From an uncultured Verrucomicrobiae bacterium (lineage in GTDB: Bacteria; Verrucomicrobiota; Verrucomicrobiia; Palsa-1439): a stretch of DNA of 64,000 nt. The translations under genes were made by a program, and so were the position numbers. Each line of letters begins with the position of its first letter. The stretch's first letter is position 1. The notes beneath the pieces were generated by a model. The model made no database searches. It had not been told where the DNA came from and worked only from the letters and a program-made list of their open reading frames with translations. Shown here one piece after another: positions 50,756 to 61,566 of the stretch. Location of the stretch: contig CAWEWF010000005.1 in NCBI GenBank assembly GCA_963812605.1, positions 192,001 to 256,000 of the forward strand. Direction: 5' to 3'.

Positions 50756-51190
50756 ATGAAGGATCGCATCGCCATAGAAGGCCGAGACGGCGCGTTTGGC
50801 GCTTATATCGCGCGACCGAGGACCTTGCCGGCTCCCGCCGTGGTCGTTCTGCACGAGGTGTTCGGGGTGAACGCCGACATTCGCAAGACCTGCGACGAAC
50901 TGGCCGAACAAGGCTTCATTGCGGTCGCGCCCGACCTGTTCTGGCGTCAGGAGCCGGGCGTAGATCTCAGCGTAAACTCCGCGCCGGACTGGCAACACGG
51001 CCTTCGCCTTTCCAAGCCTGCGCAAGCTGAGATCAAGACGGCACTTGCCAGGAAACCAAACGCGACAGTCTACAGTTATCCGGGTCAGCATCACGCCTTC
51101 GCTCGGCATAATGGGGCGCATTACAATGCCGCGGCGGCAGCGCTCGCCAACGGGCGGACAAGCGAATTTCTACATCAACGACAGCGGTGA
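50756..51190 (+). pseudogene. Dienelactone hydrolase with in-frame internal deletion
   Basis: Has VVLHEVFGVN, APDLFWR and YPGQHHAFAR but lacks the central GxCxGG nucleophile and Asp region. Only 144 aa. Confidence 0.7.
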
Positions 51191-51280
51191 CCTTCGGTCG
51201 CTCACACCGTTTTGGGCCACGCACTTCGCGCCGGCTGCGGACATCTTCCCAATTGTCCCGGCCTGTCGCACTGACCTCGT

Positions 51281-52210
51281 TCAGAAAGACCTTGTAGGCT
51301 TTGATCTGGCCGCAGTCGCTCCATTGGAAATCTTGCGCAGGATTTCGCAAAACTTTTCCCCGGCGGGTGTCACGTCACCCTTTGTGGCGCGGGCGATGCC
51401 GACGGCGAGCGCTTCCGCCGTGCCGGTGAGTGGGCGGTAGATCAGGCGCTTGCCGGCCACCAGTTTGAAGATAGTGGTTGCCAGAGTGATGCCGCGTCCG
51501 GCTTCCACTTCGGTGATCAACGAACTGGCGCTGTCACATTCCACCGCGATGCGCGGTTTGGTGGGGATGGCGGCGAAGATGCGGTTGAGGCCGTCGTAAG
51601 ATTCTGGATAATCCTTGCGGCGGAGACCGACGAGCGGTTCGGCAGCCAATTGTTCCAACGTGATGGATTTCAGCCGCGCGAAAGGATGCGCGGCGGTCAA
51701 CGCCACGCACAACGGGTAAGTGAGCAGCAGTTCAAACTCGATACCTGCGGTCTGCTCGCCGATGGGCTCGACCATGATTGCGAGTTCCAGCGAAGCGTCT
51801 CGGAGGCCGGTGATGAGTTCATCGCTTGAGAAGTCATGGAGCAACACTTTCACACGAGGCACGGCTTTTTGAAACGCCGTAAGTGCTGGCGGTAGTATCT
51901 CCACCGTGGGAGACGGCGCGTAGCCGACATGCAACTCGCCATATTCGCCGCGAGCCAGAGCGCGGACTTTTTCCACGGATTCATCGGCTCGTTTCAGCAA
52001 TTCGCGCACTTCCTCCAAAAAAAGTTTTCCCTCGGCCGTGAGCGTCACGCCGCGTGGACTGCGGCGCAGCAGATCCACGCCGATTTCATCCTCCAAGTCC
52101 TGTACCTGTCGGCTCAAGGCGGGTTGCGCGACTCGAAGTTGCGCAGCGGCCTTGGTGAAGTTCAAGGCTTCCCCCACGGCTAGAAAATATCGCAAATGCC
52201 GGAGTTCCAT
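51281..52210 (-). CDS. LysR-family transcriptional regulator
   Basis: MELRHLRYFLAVGEALNFTKAAAQLRVAQPALSRQVQDLE. Confidence 0.93.
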   Translation of the reverse strand: MELRHLRYFLAVGEALNFTKAAAQLRVAQPALSRQVQDLEDEIGVDLLRRSPRGVTLTAEGKLFLEEVRELLKRADESVEKVRALARGEYGELHVGYAPSPTVEILPPALTAFQKAVPRVKVLLHDFSSDELITGLRDASLELAIMVEPIGEQTAGIEFELLLTYPLCVALTAAHPFARLKSITLEQLAAEPLVGLRRKDYPESYDGLNRIFAAIPTKPRIAVECDSASSLITEVEAGRGITLATTIFKLVAGKRLIYRPLTGTAEALAVGIARATKGDVTPAGEKFCEILRKISNGATAARSKPTRSF

Positions 52211-52355
52211 CGCTGAGTTCCATTATGCCAAAAAAGCATGGCTGCGCAAGGAACACGGTATTGGGCCAATTCAAAACAAGGGGGTAAATGATTACGCAGA
52301 TGAACAACTCGTCCGAGCAGACAGCAATGCAGACGCTGAACCGAAAGACAAGATT

Positions 52356-53111
52356 ATGAGCGCAAACATCACGAAAAGACTGGCAGGCAAAGTGGCGCTG
52401 GTCACCGGCGGTTCACGCGGTATCGGCGCGGCCATCGCCAAACGACTCGCCGCCGACGGCGCGGCGGTCGCCCTGACTTACAGCGCGTCACCGGCCCAGG
52501 CGGATGAAGTCGTTCGCTCGATCAAAGCGGCGGGCGGAAAAGCGTTGGCGATCAAAGCGGACACCGCCGACACAGAAGCAGTCCGCCTGGCGATTGCGAA
52601 AACCGTCGGGATCTTCGGGGGCATTGATATTCTCGTGAACAACGCGGGCGTCATTGCCCTCGCGCCGATTGAGCAGTTTTCACTGGAGGATTTTGAGAAG
52701 TTGATCGCCGTCAATGTGCGCGGCTTGTTCGTCGCGACCCAGGAAGCCGCGCGGCATATGCGTGAGGGCGGTCGCATCATTCACATCGGCAGCACCAACA
52801 GCGAGCGCATGCCGTTCGTCGGCGGTTCGGTCTACACACTCACGAAGGGCGCAGTCGCCGGTTTCACGAGGGGACTTGCCCGAGACCTCGGCCCGCGCGG
52901 CATCACGGTTAACAATGTCCAGCCTGGCCCGATTGATACCGACATGAACCCAGCCAACACCGACTTGGCCTGCGACACGGTTCCCTTCACCGCCCTCCAG
53001 CGCTATGGCCAACCGGACGAGATCGCCAGCCTCGTAGCGTTTCTGGCCAGTTCCGAAGCCAGCTACATCACCGAGGCGAGCCTGCTGGCCGATGGAGGTT
53101 ACGCGGCCTGA
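52356..53111 (+). CDS. SDR oxidoreductase (3-oxoacyl-ACP reductase/BdcA-like)
   Basis: TGGSRGIG, NNAG, YTLTK and QPGPIDTDMNP. Confidence 0.88.
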   Translation: MSANITKRLAGKVALVTGGSRGIGAAIAKRLAADGAAVALTYSASPAQADEVVRSIKAAGGKALAIKADTADTEAVRLAIAKTVGIFGGIDILVNNAGVIALAPIEQFSLEDFEKLIAVNVRGLFVATQEAARHMREGGRIIHIGSTNSERMPFVGGSVYTLTKGAVAGFTRGLARDLGPRGITVNNVQPGPIDTDMNPANTDLACDTVPFTALQRYGQPDEIASLVAFLASSEASYITEASLLADGGYAA

Positions 53112-53171
53112 AGTTCAGAATGCGAAACAAGAATCATCAACAATCAAACAAACAAGGAAAAGGAGATCGAC

Positions 53172-54077
53172 ATGTTATCCGACAATAATAAACGGATCGC
53201 CGTGATCGGTGCAACGGGGCAGCAGGGAGGCGGAGTCGTCCGTGCCCTGCAAGCCACCGGTCAATTCAAGGTGTGCGCTCTGAGCCGTAATCCGGGCAAG
53301 CATCCCGAACTTGCCGACGAAGTCGTCGAAGCAGACTTAAACCGCCCTGAAACCCTCAAAGCAGCATTTGAAGGGGCACATGGCGTCTTTCTGGTCACCA
53401 ATTGGTACGAAAGAGGCGCCGGCGAACTCCAGCAGGCCACGGCAGCGGTGCGCGCTGCCCGGGATGCCGGCGTCAAACACTTTGTCTGGTCCACGCTGCC
53501 TGATGTGGAAACGATCAGCGGCGGCAAGATCCAAGTTCCCCACTTTACCGACAAGGCCAGGGTTGAATCGATCGTCAAGGCGGCCGGGTTTCCGCATCAC
53601 ACATTTGTCATCGCTCCTTTCTACTACCAGAACCTTGTGGGCGCTTTTGGGCCGCAAAAACTGCCGGACGGCTCGCAGGGCTGGGCTGTTCCCTTCGATC
53701 CGAATGCGCGTTGCCTTCACATGGGCGACATCACCGAACTTGGCAATCTCGTGGCCGGAGCGTTCCTTCACCCGGACCAGGCAGGCCACGGCGAATATCT
53801 GCCGCTCGTCGGCGATTTCATGAGCTTCAACGAAATCGTCGAGACGCTCAATCGGCAGGGACATAAATTATCAGTCACACAAGTCCCAAAGGAGATGTTC
53901 GCCACGTTCTTTCCCGGGGCCGCCGAGGTAGCAGAGATGTTCAGCTACATCCAGGCTCATACCTATTTGGGTTCGGATTCGTCGGACCGAATTGCGCTCG
54001 CCAACAAAATAGCAGGCCGGCAACCGACCAGGTTCTCGACGTGGGCTCGACTGAATGTCCCGGTTCAGACCACCTGA
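53172..54077 (+). CDS. NmrA/HSCARG-family NAD(P)-binding protein
   Basis: IGATGQQGGGV, GAHGVFLVT, PHFTDK and FYYQN. Confidence 0.88.
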   Translation: MLSDNNKRIAVIGATGQQGGGVVRALQATGQFKVCALSRNPGKHPELADEVVEADLNRPETLKAAFEGAHGVFLVTNWYERGAGELQQATAAVRAARDAGVKHFVWSTLPDVETISGGKIQVPHFTDKARVESIVKAAGFPHHTFVIAPFYYQNLVGAFGPQKLPDGSQGWAVPFDPNARCLHMGDITELGNLVAGAFLHPDQAGHGEYLPLVGDFMSFNEIVETLNRQGHKLSVTQVPKEMFATFFPGAAEVAEMFSYIQAHTYLGSDSSDRIALANKIAGRQPTRFSTWARLNVPVQTT

Positions 54078-54113
54078 ATGCAGTCACCATCAACCAAACA
54101 GAAAGGAATAAAC

Positions 54114-54545
54114 ATGAAAGACAACACTCGGGTTCAAACTCAACGTTCATCCAAAGGCAAAACGATCGCCCTTTGGTCGCTGCAAATCCTGGTCGCCGCC
54201 GCGTTTCTCATGGCCGGCTTCGCGAAACTGTCCGGCCAGCCGATGATGGTCCAGATGTTCGAAAAAATCGGCATCGGCCAATGGTTTCGTTATGTCACCG
54301 GCACTATCGAGCTGGTTTCCGCGATCCTACTCCTCGTGCCGCGAGTTGTCCCGGTCGGAGCGGCGTTGCTCGTCTGCACGATGTGCGGCGCGGTTCTGAC
54401 ACATCTCGTCAAGCTCGGCGGCTCGCCGTTGCCCGCCCTGGTCCTGGGCTGCCTGGCGGCGTTCATCCTCTGGCTTCGGTTCGATGGATTGAAGGCGCTC
54501 ACCAGCAAGCCGAAACCCGTGGCTGCGTTTCCGACCGCTGGTTGA
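54114..54545 (+). CDS. DoxX-family membrane protein
   Basis: FLMAGFAKL, FEKIGIGQWFRYVTGTIE and GAVLTH. Confidence 0.85.
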   Translation: MKDNTRVQTQRSSKGKTIALWSLQILVAAAFLMAGFAKLSGQPMMVQMFEKIGIGQWFRYVTGTIELVSAILLLVPRVVPVGAALLVCTMCGAVLTHLVKLGGSPLPALVLGCLAAFILWLRFDGLKALTSKPKPVAAFPTAG

Positions 54546-54699
54546 CCTGAGTTACCTCGTCGATTTTTGCTTTCGGAAGTTCGTACCGTGCCGGTCGAAG
54601 CCTTTGATCGCATCCCGACCAGGTTTGAAATCGCATTGACCGATTGCCGCACGGGGCGGCGAGCCGAGGTTTCTCACAGTACGGTATCGATGACCGTTC

Positions 54700-55006
54700 A
54701 TTGCCTTTTTGTGATCTGCATCTAAAGGCTTCCCTCCGCCCATACCCGTACCGCTGGAAGTGCACACAAGTGATCCCGGCTGCACCAAAAACCGTTGGGG
54801 AGCACATAAAACGCCACAGACTTAAACTACATCTCTTCCAGACTCAGGTGGCGATGATGCTTGGTGTAGATGTGGAGTCCATTCGGAACTGGGAAAAGAA
54901 TACCTATAAGCCCATCGCACGACTTATGCCCAGGATCGTCAAATGGCTCGGGTATGACCCTCGGAAGGCTCTTGCGAGGCGCACGCCCTCACGAGGCGGG
55001 AGCTGA
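54700..55006 (+). CDS. XRE-family HTH protein, copy 2 (start uncertain)
   Basis: LPFCDLHLK...VGEHIKRHRLKLHLFQTQVAMMLGVDVESIRNWEKN, a paralog of 44194-44527. Confidence 0.65.
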
Positions 55007-55065
55007 TAGGAACGCGTCCTCACGGTTACGCTCTCAGAAGTTCTCATTCAAATCCATGCGACGCA

Positions 55066-56737
55066 CTACGGCGCGGTGACTTCCACGCGGTAGAAGCGCG
55101 ATGGAATGTTGGTGGCGCCGCCGGTGTCGGTGAAGCTGAGGACGCCACCAGTCCCCGGCTGCGAGGCGCCCGTGTTCGTCCAGTTCGTCGGCATCAGTGA
55201 CGGAGTGAACTGCAGTTGATAGGTATGACCGGTGACCGATGGGACCTGCATGATGAAATCCTGGCCCGACACGCTGGTCTGCGAAATCTTCACGCTGCTC
55301 GCGTCCAGGACCGTGCCACTGCCGGTAAAGGTGGAATGGAAATTCGTCGAGCCGTTGATGAGATCAAGGACGCCGTTGTTGACGACCGCACCATAACCCT
55401 CCAACACGCTGCCGTTGATCGCCCGCATCGTCCCATTGTTTGTGAGGATGCCCGTGAAGGTCAGCGTCCCGCCGCAATCGGTGAGCACCGTACCGCCCGC
55501 GTCCACGGTGACGATGCCGTTGATCGTGCCGCATCCGGTCAGGAACGCGTTGGTGCGGACGCGCAGACCGTTGTTGAAGGAATGGATGCCACCGAGCAGA
55601 TGATAGGTTGCCGTATTCGTACCATTGCCGACGATGAATTGCTGTGTGTTCGTGACGACCGTCGCGCTGGATTGGAGCGTGCCGCCGTTAATCGTCACGA
55701 CGCTGTTGAGACCGTTCGTAGCGATGAGGCTGTCCACGGTCACGGAGCCACCGTTGAGGAACAAGCTGCCTTTGCCGCCGACCCGGCTCACCACCAACGC
55801 ACCGTTGCCGGCCGCATTGGTCACGATTAGGCTGCCGCTATTCACTTGAATGACATTGTTGCTGGCCAAGCCGAAACTGGGATCGCTGAAGTCCACGACC
55901 GCGTGTACTCGCCACGACTGAACCACCCGCAATGGTCAACGTGTTAGTCGCACCAAAGTAGCCGACGTAGAGGGTCCCGGCAACGCTCCAGACCGAGCCG
56001 GGGCCGGTCACCACAACGCTGTTGTTGCCGCCGCCGGTCCCGCCGTTGTCAATCCAGCCATCGCCGTTGAACACCGCGCCCTGATTGCTGATGACCAGAC
56101 TATTGCCCGCGCCGGATGTGCCGATGTACAGAGTGCCGCGGTTGCGCCAGACCGAGCCGAGACCGGTCACCACCGCGCTATTGTTGCTGCTGTCGGACTG
56201 CAAGCCCAAGTACCCATCGCCATCGAACACCGCGCCCTGATTGCTGACGACCAGACGATTGCCCGCGCCATCGAAGCCGACGTACAGGTCGGAGCTGTTG
56301 GACCAGACCGAGCCCGGGCCAGTAACCATCACACTGTTGTTGCTGCTGCTGGAGTTGTTGCCCACGTAGCCGAGGGTGTTGAACACCGTGCCGCCGTTGG
56401 TGATGACCAGACGGCTGCCCGCGCCGGAGTAGCCGACGATCAGGCTGAAGCTGTTGCTCCAGATGCCACCGTTGACGATCGCCGCGTTGTTGCTTCCGCG
56501 GGTGGCAAAGCCAATGAACCCACTAGCCGCACTGGACAGGGTGCCGCCGGCGTTGATGACCAGGGCGTCCAGGAACGTGTTGCTGCCGACGACGTACCGG
56601 AAGTTGGTGTTATCCACCCAATTACTGGCGACATTGATGGTGTTGGTTTGGAAGTTGGCCGTGAATTGGGCGTGCACAGAACCGGTGAGGGAAAATGAAA
56701 CCACGGCCCACAGAACGACTGCCAAGAATCGCTTCAT
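55066..56737 (-). CDS. Secreted beta-helix protein with T5SS/PEP-CTERM-associated-type repeats and C-terminal RFYR module, frameshift near 55905
   Basis: Signal peptide, repeats VTGPGSVWSN..LYVG..GAGN.LVISNQGAVF and terminal GGATNIPSRFYRVEVTAP. Confidence 0.75.
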
Positions 56738-56999
56738 GACTGCACGCCTTTTTTTGCCAAGGAGGGATTTCCCCTTGCGACCTCGCCGCAGAGTGAACCA
56801 GAGCCCCGCCCCAAAGTCGAGTGTTTTCTTGGCCCGCAAGAGAGTGGGGACGAGCCGCCGTGGCGACCGCTCCGGAACCAATCTCAACCTATATGCTCCG
56901 TCAGCCCGACACGACCTTATGCGGGTTTTGGTGTTATTAGGTTTTTCACAGCCCAACAACTGTGAGGGTACGGTGTTAGGACTAGACAAAGGCCAGTGC

Positions 57000-57240
57000 C
57001 GAGTCGGGAGTTCAAACGAGCAGTGTTCGTAGTCTTAAATAATGATTGTTTCTTTGGCGTAGCCTGACGGCGTTCCCAGTTTGCGAGGGTTTCCAGGTGC
57101 ACCTCGAGCTTGACAGCCAATGCCGCTTGACTCAAATTTTCGCGCAGGCGGTATTTTTTAAGGGGTTCGGCGAAGGTGATGGGCTGGTTTTCCCAGGGTG
57201 GCGAATCCCCTTTATGGCCCGGAGGACGAGATGGCAAAAA
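57000..57240 (-). pseudogene. Degenerate XRE-family HTH gene, copy 3 (limits approximate)
   Basis: TFAEPLKKYRLRENLSQAALAVKLEVHLETLANWERRQATP. Confidence 0.5.
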
Positions 57241-57330
57241 GGGCGCAGAAGGATCCCCCCTCCGCCAGTCTTCGCCCGAAGCGGAACGCAGGTGACCGGC
57301 GCTCATAATCAATGGATGCGCGATTAGCCC

Positions 57331-59722
57331 ATGAAAAGCTTCAAACCCCCGGTACTTTTCCTCATCATTTTGTCCCTATGCGGACGCCCCGCACAGGCAC
57401 AGGACAATGTCAGGGGCGGTTCCGAGCCGATCATGGGCTCGATCGACCCGGCCAAGTTGACCTATGATTACCTGGTCGATGGCAACCTGCCGCAGGACGA
57501 CCCGGCGGCCAGGAAATTCAAGACGCTGCAGGCCGCGTATGAAGCCGCCCCCGCAGGAACAGAAGCAAAACCGACGGTCATCGGAATCAAACCGAACGTG
57601 TATCAACTTCCGGGCCCGGCCACGCGAGGCCCAAGCCTGAGCATCCGGAAAAACTACATTACCCTGCTGGGATTGACCAACAACCGCCGCGCGGTGGTGC
57701 TGGCGGACAATCGCGGCCTGATGCAGGGCGCCGAGGACGACGGCTACCTCATCGATATCAACGCCACCGGATTCACCGCGAAGAACCTCACCATCATCAA
57801 TTATTGCAACACCGACTATGAGTACCCCGGCGATCCCGGCAAGAATCTCACGAAACGTTCCGACGTCATCACGCAGGCCGTGGCACTCCAGGCGGCGGGC
57901 GACAAGCACTCGTACGAGAATGTCGCGCTGCTCAGCCGTCTTGACACGATGTTTCTGCGCACCACGCGGTCTTATTTCAAAAACGTCTACATCGAAGGCA
58001 CGGACGATTGGATGGGCGAAGGCCAGATCAGTGTCTGGGAAGATTGCACGCTGGTCTTCCCGACGGGGTCCGGGGTGATGTCGGCATCGGGGATCGTCTT
58101 TTTCAATTGCACGTTCGCAGCGACCCGCGGCATGCGCTTCTACAAGGCCGAATTTCGCAGCGCCGAGCGACCGAATGTTCTCATCAATTGCGTGGTGCCG
58201 GTCAGATTCACCGAGGGCGCCAGTTGCCTGGGTGCGAGGCGTGGCCGCACCCAGACCGAGCCAGCTTTCTCTCACGTATCACACCAGGAACGCCAAGGGC
58301 GATCCCGCGGTCTTCTACGACGGCACCGTCGGGGAGCCCGCTTTCAGCTACTCCCGAGAGTTGTCCGACCAGGAACGCCGGGCCTTCAACCCCTGGAATC
58401 TGCTCCGGGCGGCGCCAAACGCCCCGGCCGACGACTGGGACCCGGCGGGCACGAGGCGCAAGTATGAAGCGGACGGACAAGGAGATCTACCTTTCCGCAT
58501 CACGTTGACGAACGCTTCGCCATCGATTCGCACGGGCGGACCCGGCGCAACCATCGGCGCGACGGTCACGCCGACCCGTGCCGACCCGACCATCATCTGG
58601 TCAACCAAATCGGACTTGGTTTCACTCAGCCGAACGACGGGCTCGAATGTCGTTGTGACAGGTCAAAATACAACCAGCCAGGCGGAATGGGTTGCCGTGA
58701 AAGCCACCGCGTCCAACGGCTTCTACGTGACAGCCCATGTCTATGTTGAGCCAAAATACTCCGATCCGCCGGCGGTGATTGCGGGGCCTGTCGTGAATTC
58801 ACCCGCGGACGGAATGGCCACGGTGAATTACACGCTCGATTTGGGCGGCAAGCAGGATCAGTCGCGCGTTTCCTGGTTCATCTGCGACACCGTTGCGGGA
58901 ACCAATCCGAGGAAAATTGCGGTCAGCAGGGGAAACCAGCCCCTGAAGACGCTCCCACTGGTGCCGGGCTATGTCGGCAAATATCTCAAGGTGACGGTTC
59001 AGCCCAAGCACAGCTTGAGCGATCCCGGTCCGGAAATACAGGCAGTGAGCGCAAAACCCGTCGCGCCAACCGACATCCGGTCCACCACCGTTTCGCCGAA
59101 TTTCAGGGATTTCGTGCCGGAAACCAATGACCTATACGCGAGTGGTTTGTGGACGGTTCTGGGCACCTGGGCGGTTGTGTCCGGGGATAATTTTGTGAAC
59201 GGTTACGGCATTCGGCCGAGTACCCCGGCCTGGCTGCTCTACCAGCAGGATGCGGACAGCGGCGATATGCAGGTCGACCTGATGATGGCGTCCGAAAAGG
59301 ATGGCCAGGCGTTTTCGGTCCCCGGCTCGCCTGCGGACAGCGGCCCGCGCAATCTTCACGCGGACATGTATATCAAGTACGATCCGCGAACCAGGAATGG
59401 CTACGCCCTGCGGATGTGGAGAACGACCCAGTCCGCCTCCAAGTGTATGTTTCAACTCTACAAGATCGAGAACGGCGCGGGATCGCCCCTCAATGACCGT
59501 CAGGTATTGAGCGGCGTATTCAAAACAACCACCCACATGACCCTGAAGGTCACCGGCACCACCCTGACGGTCAGCGCGTCCAACGATGTGGACAATGAAA
59601 CACTCGCCCTGGAGGGAACCATCGCGCCCAATCGTTTTGGCGGAGCGGGCGTCTATTGGCCCGGGGGCAGCAGCGCCATCTTCAGCCGCTTTGAGATATC
59701 GTATCCGGCCGCGATCAAATGA
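57331..59722 (+). CDS. Secreted pectinesterase-like (CE8/beta-helix) multidomain protein, frameshift near 58200
   Basis: Signal peptide, FKTLQAA, FTAKNLTIIN, QAVAL, RLDT and YIEGTDDW, followed by Ig-like and lectin-like regions. Confidence 0.65.
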
Positions 59723-59793
59723 TAAACCGTACCGGCTTGCAGTGCACGCCTCAGTCAGCGAGAAGCTACAGCATTCGTTCTGCTTTGCATTGC

Positions 59794-60189
59794 TCAGCCC
59801 CGATATTGTTCATCGCTGACCTTTTCCATCCAGTCAACCACTTTGCCGTCGAGGTTTTCCTGAATGGCGATGTGCGTCATGGCCGTGGTTGGCGCGGCGC
59901 CATGCCAATGCTTCTCGCCCGGTGGGAACCACACCACGTCACCGGGCCGAATTTCTTCGATCGGGCCGCCCCAGCGCTGCGCACGCCCGCAGCCAGCGAT
60001 CACAATCAGCGTCTGGCCGAGCGGATGGGTGTGCCATGCGGTTCGAGCGGCGGGTTCAAACGTGACGCTGGCGCCAACCGCACGCGCCGGGGCGTTTGCC
60101 TGAAACAGGGGATCAATGCGCACCGTGCCGGTGAACCAATCGGCCGGCCCTTTGTTGGAAGGCTGTGAGCCAATTCTTTTGATTTCCAT
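59794..60189 (-). CDS. Cupin-domain protein
   Basis: [13 protein letters not shown] and [16 protein letters not shown]. Confidence 0.9.
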   Translation of the reverse strand: MEIKRIGSQPSNKGPADWFTGTVRIDPLFQANAPARAVGASVTFEPAARTAWHTHPLGQTLIVIAGCGRAQRWGGPIEEIRPGDVVWFPPGEKHWHGAAPTTAMTHIAIQENLDGKVVDWMEKVSDEQYRG

Positions 60190-60583
60190 ATTGAACTCCC
60201 ATCTTTGAGTTTAACGTCGCGGCGAGTTTACCTTGCAGCGGCGTGGCTGTCCTACCCACTCTCGCTCGACCTGTTGCGATATTACTCGAAAGGAAGCATA
60301 TAGCTACCGCTGTCCGGTGTCGACCCAGAGAGGCAACTGGTGAGATCCTAGAATCCCCCGCGAAGAGCCTATCGCAGGTTGGGCCGTGCCTAGCGCCTTG
60401 CGACAAACCGACAGCCGTCCGCGATTTGCCGAACCGAGAGGCTGATTATCAAGTACTTACATAGAAGTCATCGTTGAACCCTTGGCCTGATATGGCGAAC
60501 TACTGATGCGACATACATCGGTAAGAAAAGGACAATCAGTCTGCGTCGTTGACCGCAGTTTTAGCTGTGGTTATGATGCCAGC

Positions 60584-61059
60584 GTGTCGAACATCTTTGC
60601 AAAAGGCAGATTACTCCCTACGCAGTTGCGAACAGTGGCAGACCTGGCGGTTGGACGATGCAAGATATTTGCTAAAGAGCGGGATGACGGCACGTGCGAA
60701 CGCCGCGATGTATTTAGCGGGCTTCGTGATTGAATGTCTGTTGAAGGCAGGACTCTTAGAAAATTTTGGTTGGCTTCAAAATGCGGGATCTCCAGAAGGG
60801 CGACCGCCTCTGGACCGAGAGATTTGGTTTCTCTGTTATCGTTCGCATGATCTCGATGCCATGCTGGGACACCTATCACCTCTGACACGCCGGGCTGGCC
60901 GCGCGCGAGCAAGGAGGGAATACTCGGCTATTGCAGAACCTAAAATCAATTTGTGGTCAGTGGACGATCCACGCGCGATATTCACCCCGACTGGCAGATT
61001 TTAGCGAGGCGAATCAATTTGTTAAACAAGTGGAGGAATTGAAACCATGGCTAAGATAA
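60584..61059 (+). CDS. HEPN-domain protein (two apparent frameshifts near 60647 and 60895)
   Basis: Reconstructed LRTVADL/RLDDARYLL...AMYLAGFVIECLLKA...RSHDL...WTIHARYSP...EELKPWLR*. Confidence 0.7.
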
Positions 61060-61559
61060 ACGTTCCGGAGCCCCCGTTCATCGAACGACTGAAAAAAGCA
61101 TTGATTGATGGGTTGGCAACAGCGGGTATTGAAGCAGAAGTCGAAACAGAACCCGTACAATTGACCAAGCTCTACCGGGTGTCAGTGATCGCGTGGGGCT
61201 TCAAGCACATGCCTCCATCTGAACGCCAGGATTTCGTATGGAAAATAGCCGGTAACGCGTTGGACCGGGAAGAACAGTTGCGTATCAGCATGATCGTTAC
61301 GTTGACACCTGACGAATTGGATACCCGCTGGACTGACGACGAGAAAGTTCAAAACGAAATCGAATGTCTCAAGAGAGTGATCAAATATCTGAAGGCACAC
61401 ACGGGTAAGCCATTAAATGTCCGAATTCCTAACGCGCCATTCGAATGGGAAGAAGTCTCGTTAAAGTCCAGTGAGATTCCGCGTAAGCTATTAGACTGCC
61501 AAATCATATTGCAGAATTTTAGAAAAGCGAATCGTTTTCTTCATCCTGCAACAGTTTGA
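61047..61559 (+). CDS. Hypothetical protein with BolA-like N-terminal domain, partner of HEPN
   Basis: Overlaps the HEPN stop. YRVSVIAWGFKHM..SERQDFVW...ISMIVTLTPDE resembles the BolA/KH-II pattern. Confidence 0.6.
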   Translation: MAKINVPEPPFIERLKKALIDGLATAGIEAEVETEPVQLTKLYRVSVIAWGFKHMPPSERQDFVWKIAGNALDREEQLRISMIVTLTPDELDTRWTDDEKVQNEIECLKRVIKYLKAHTGKPLNVRIPNAPFEWEEVSLKSSEIPRKLLDCQIILQNFRKANRFLHPATV

Positions 61560-61566
61560 CTGCGCA

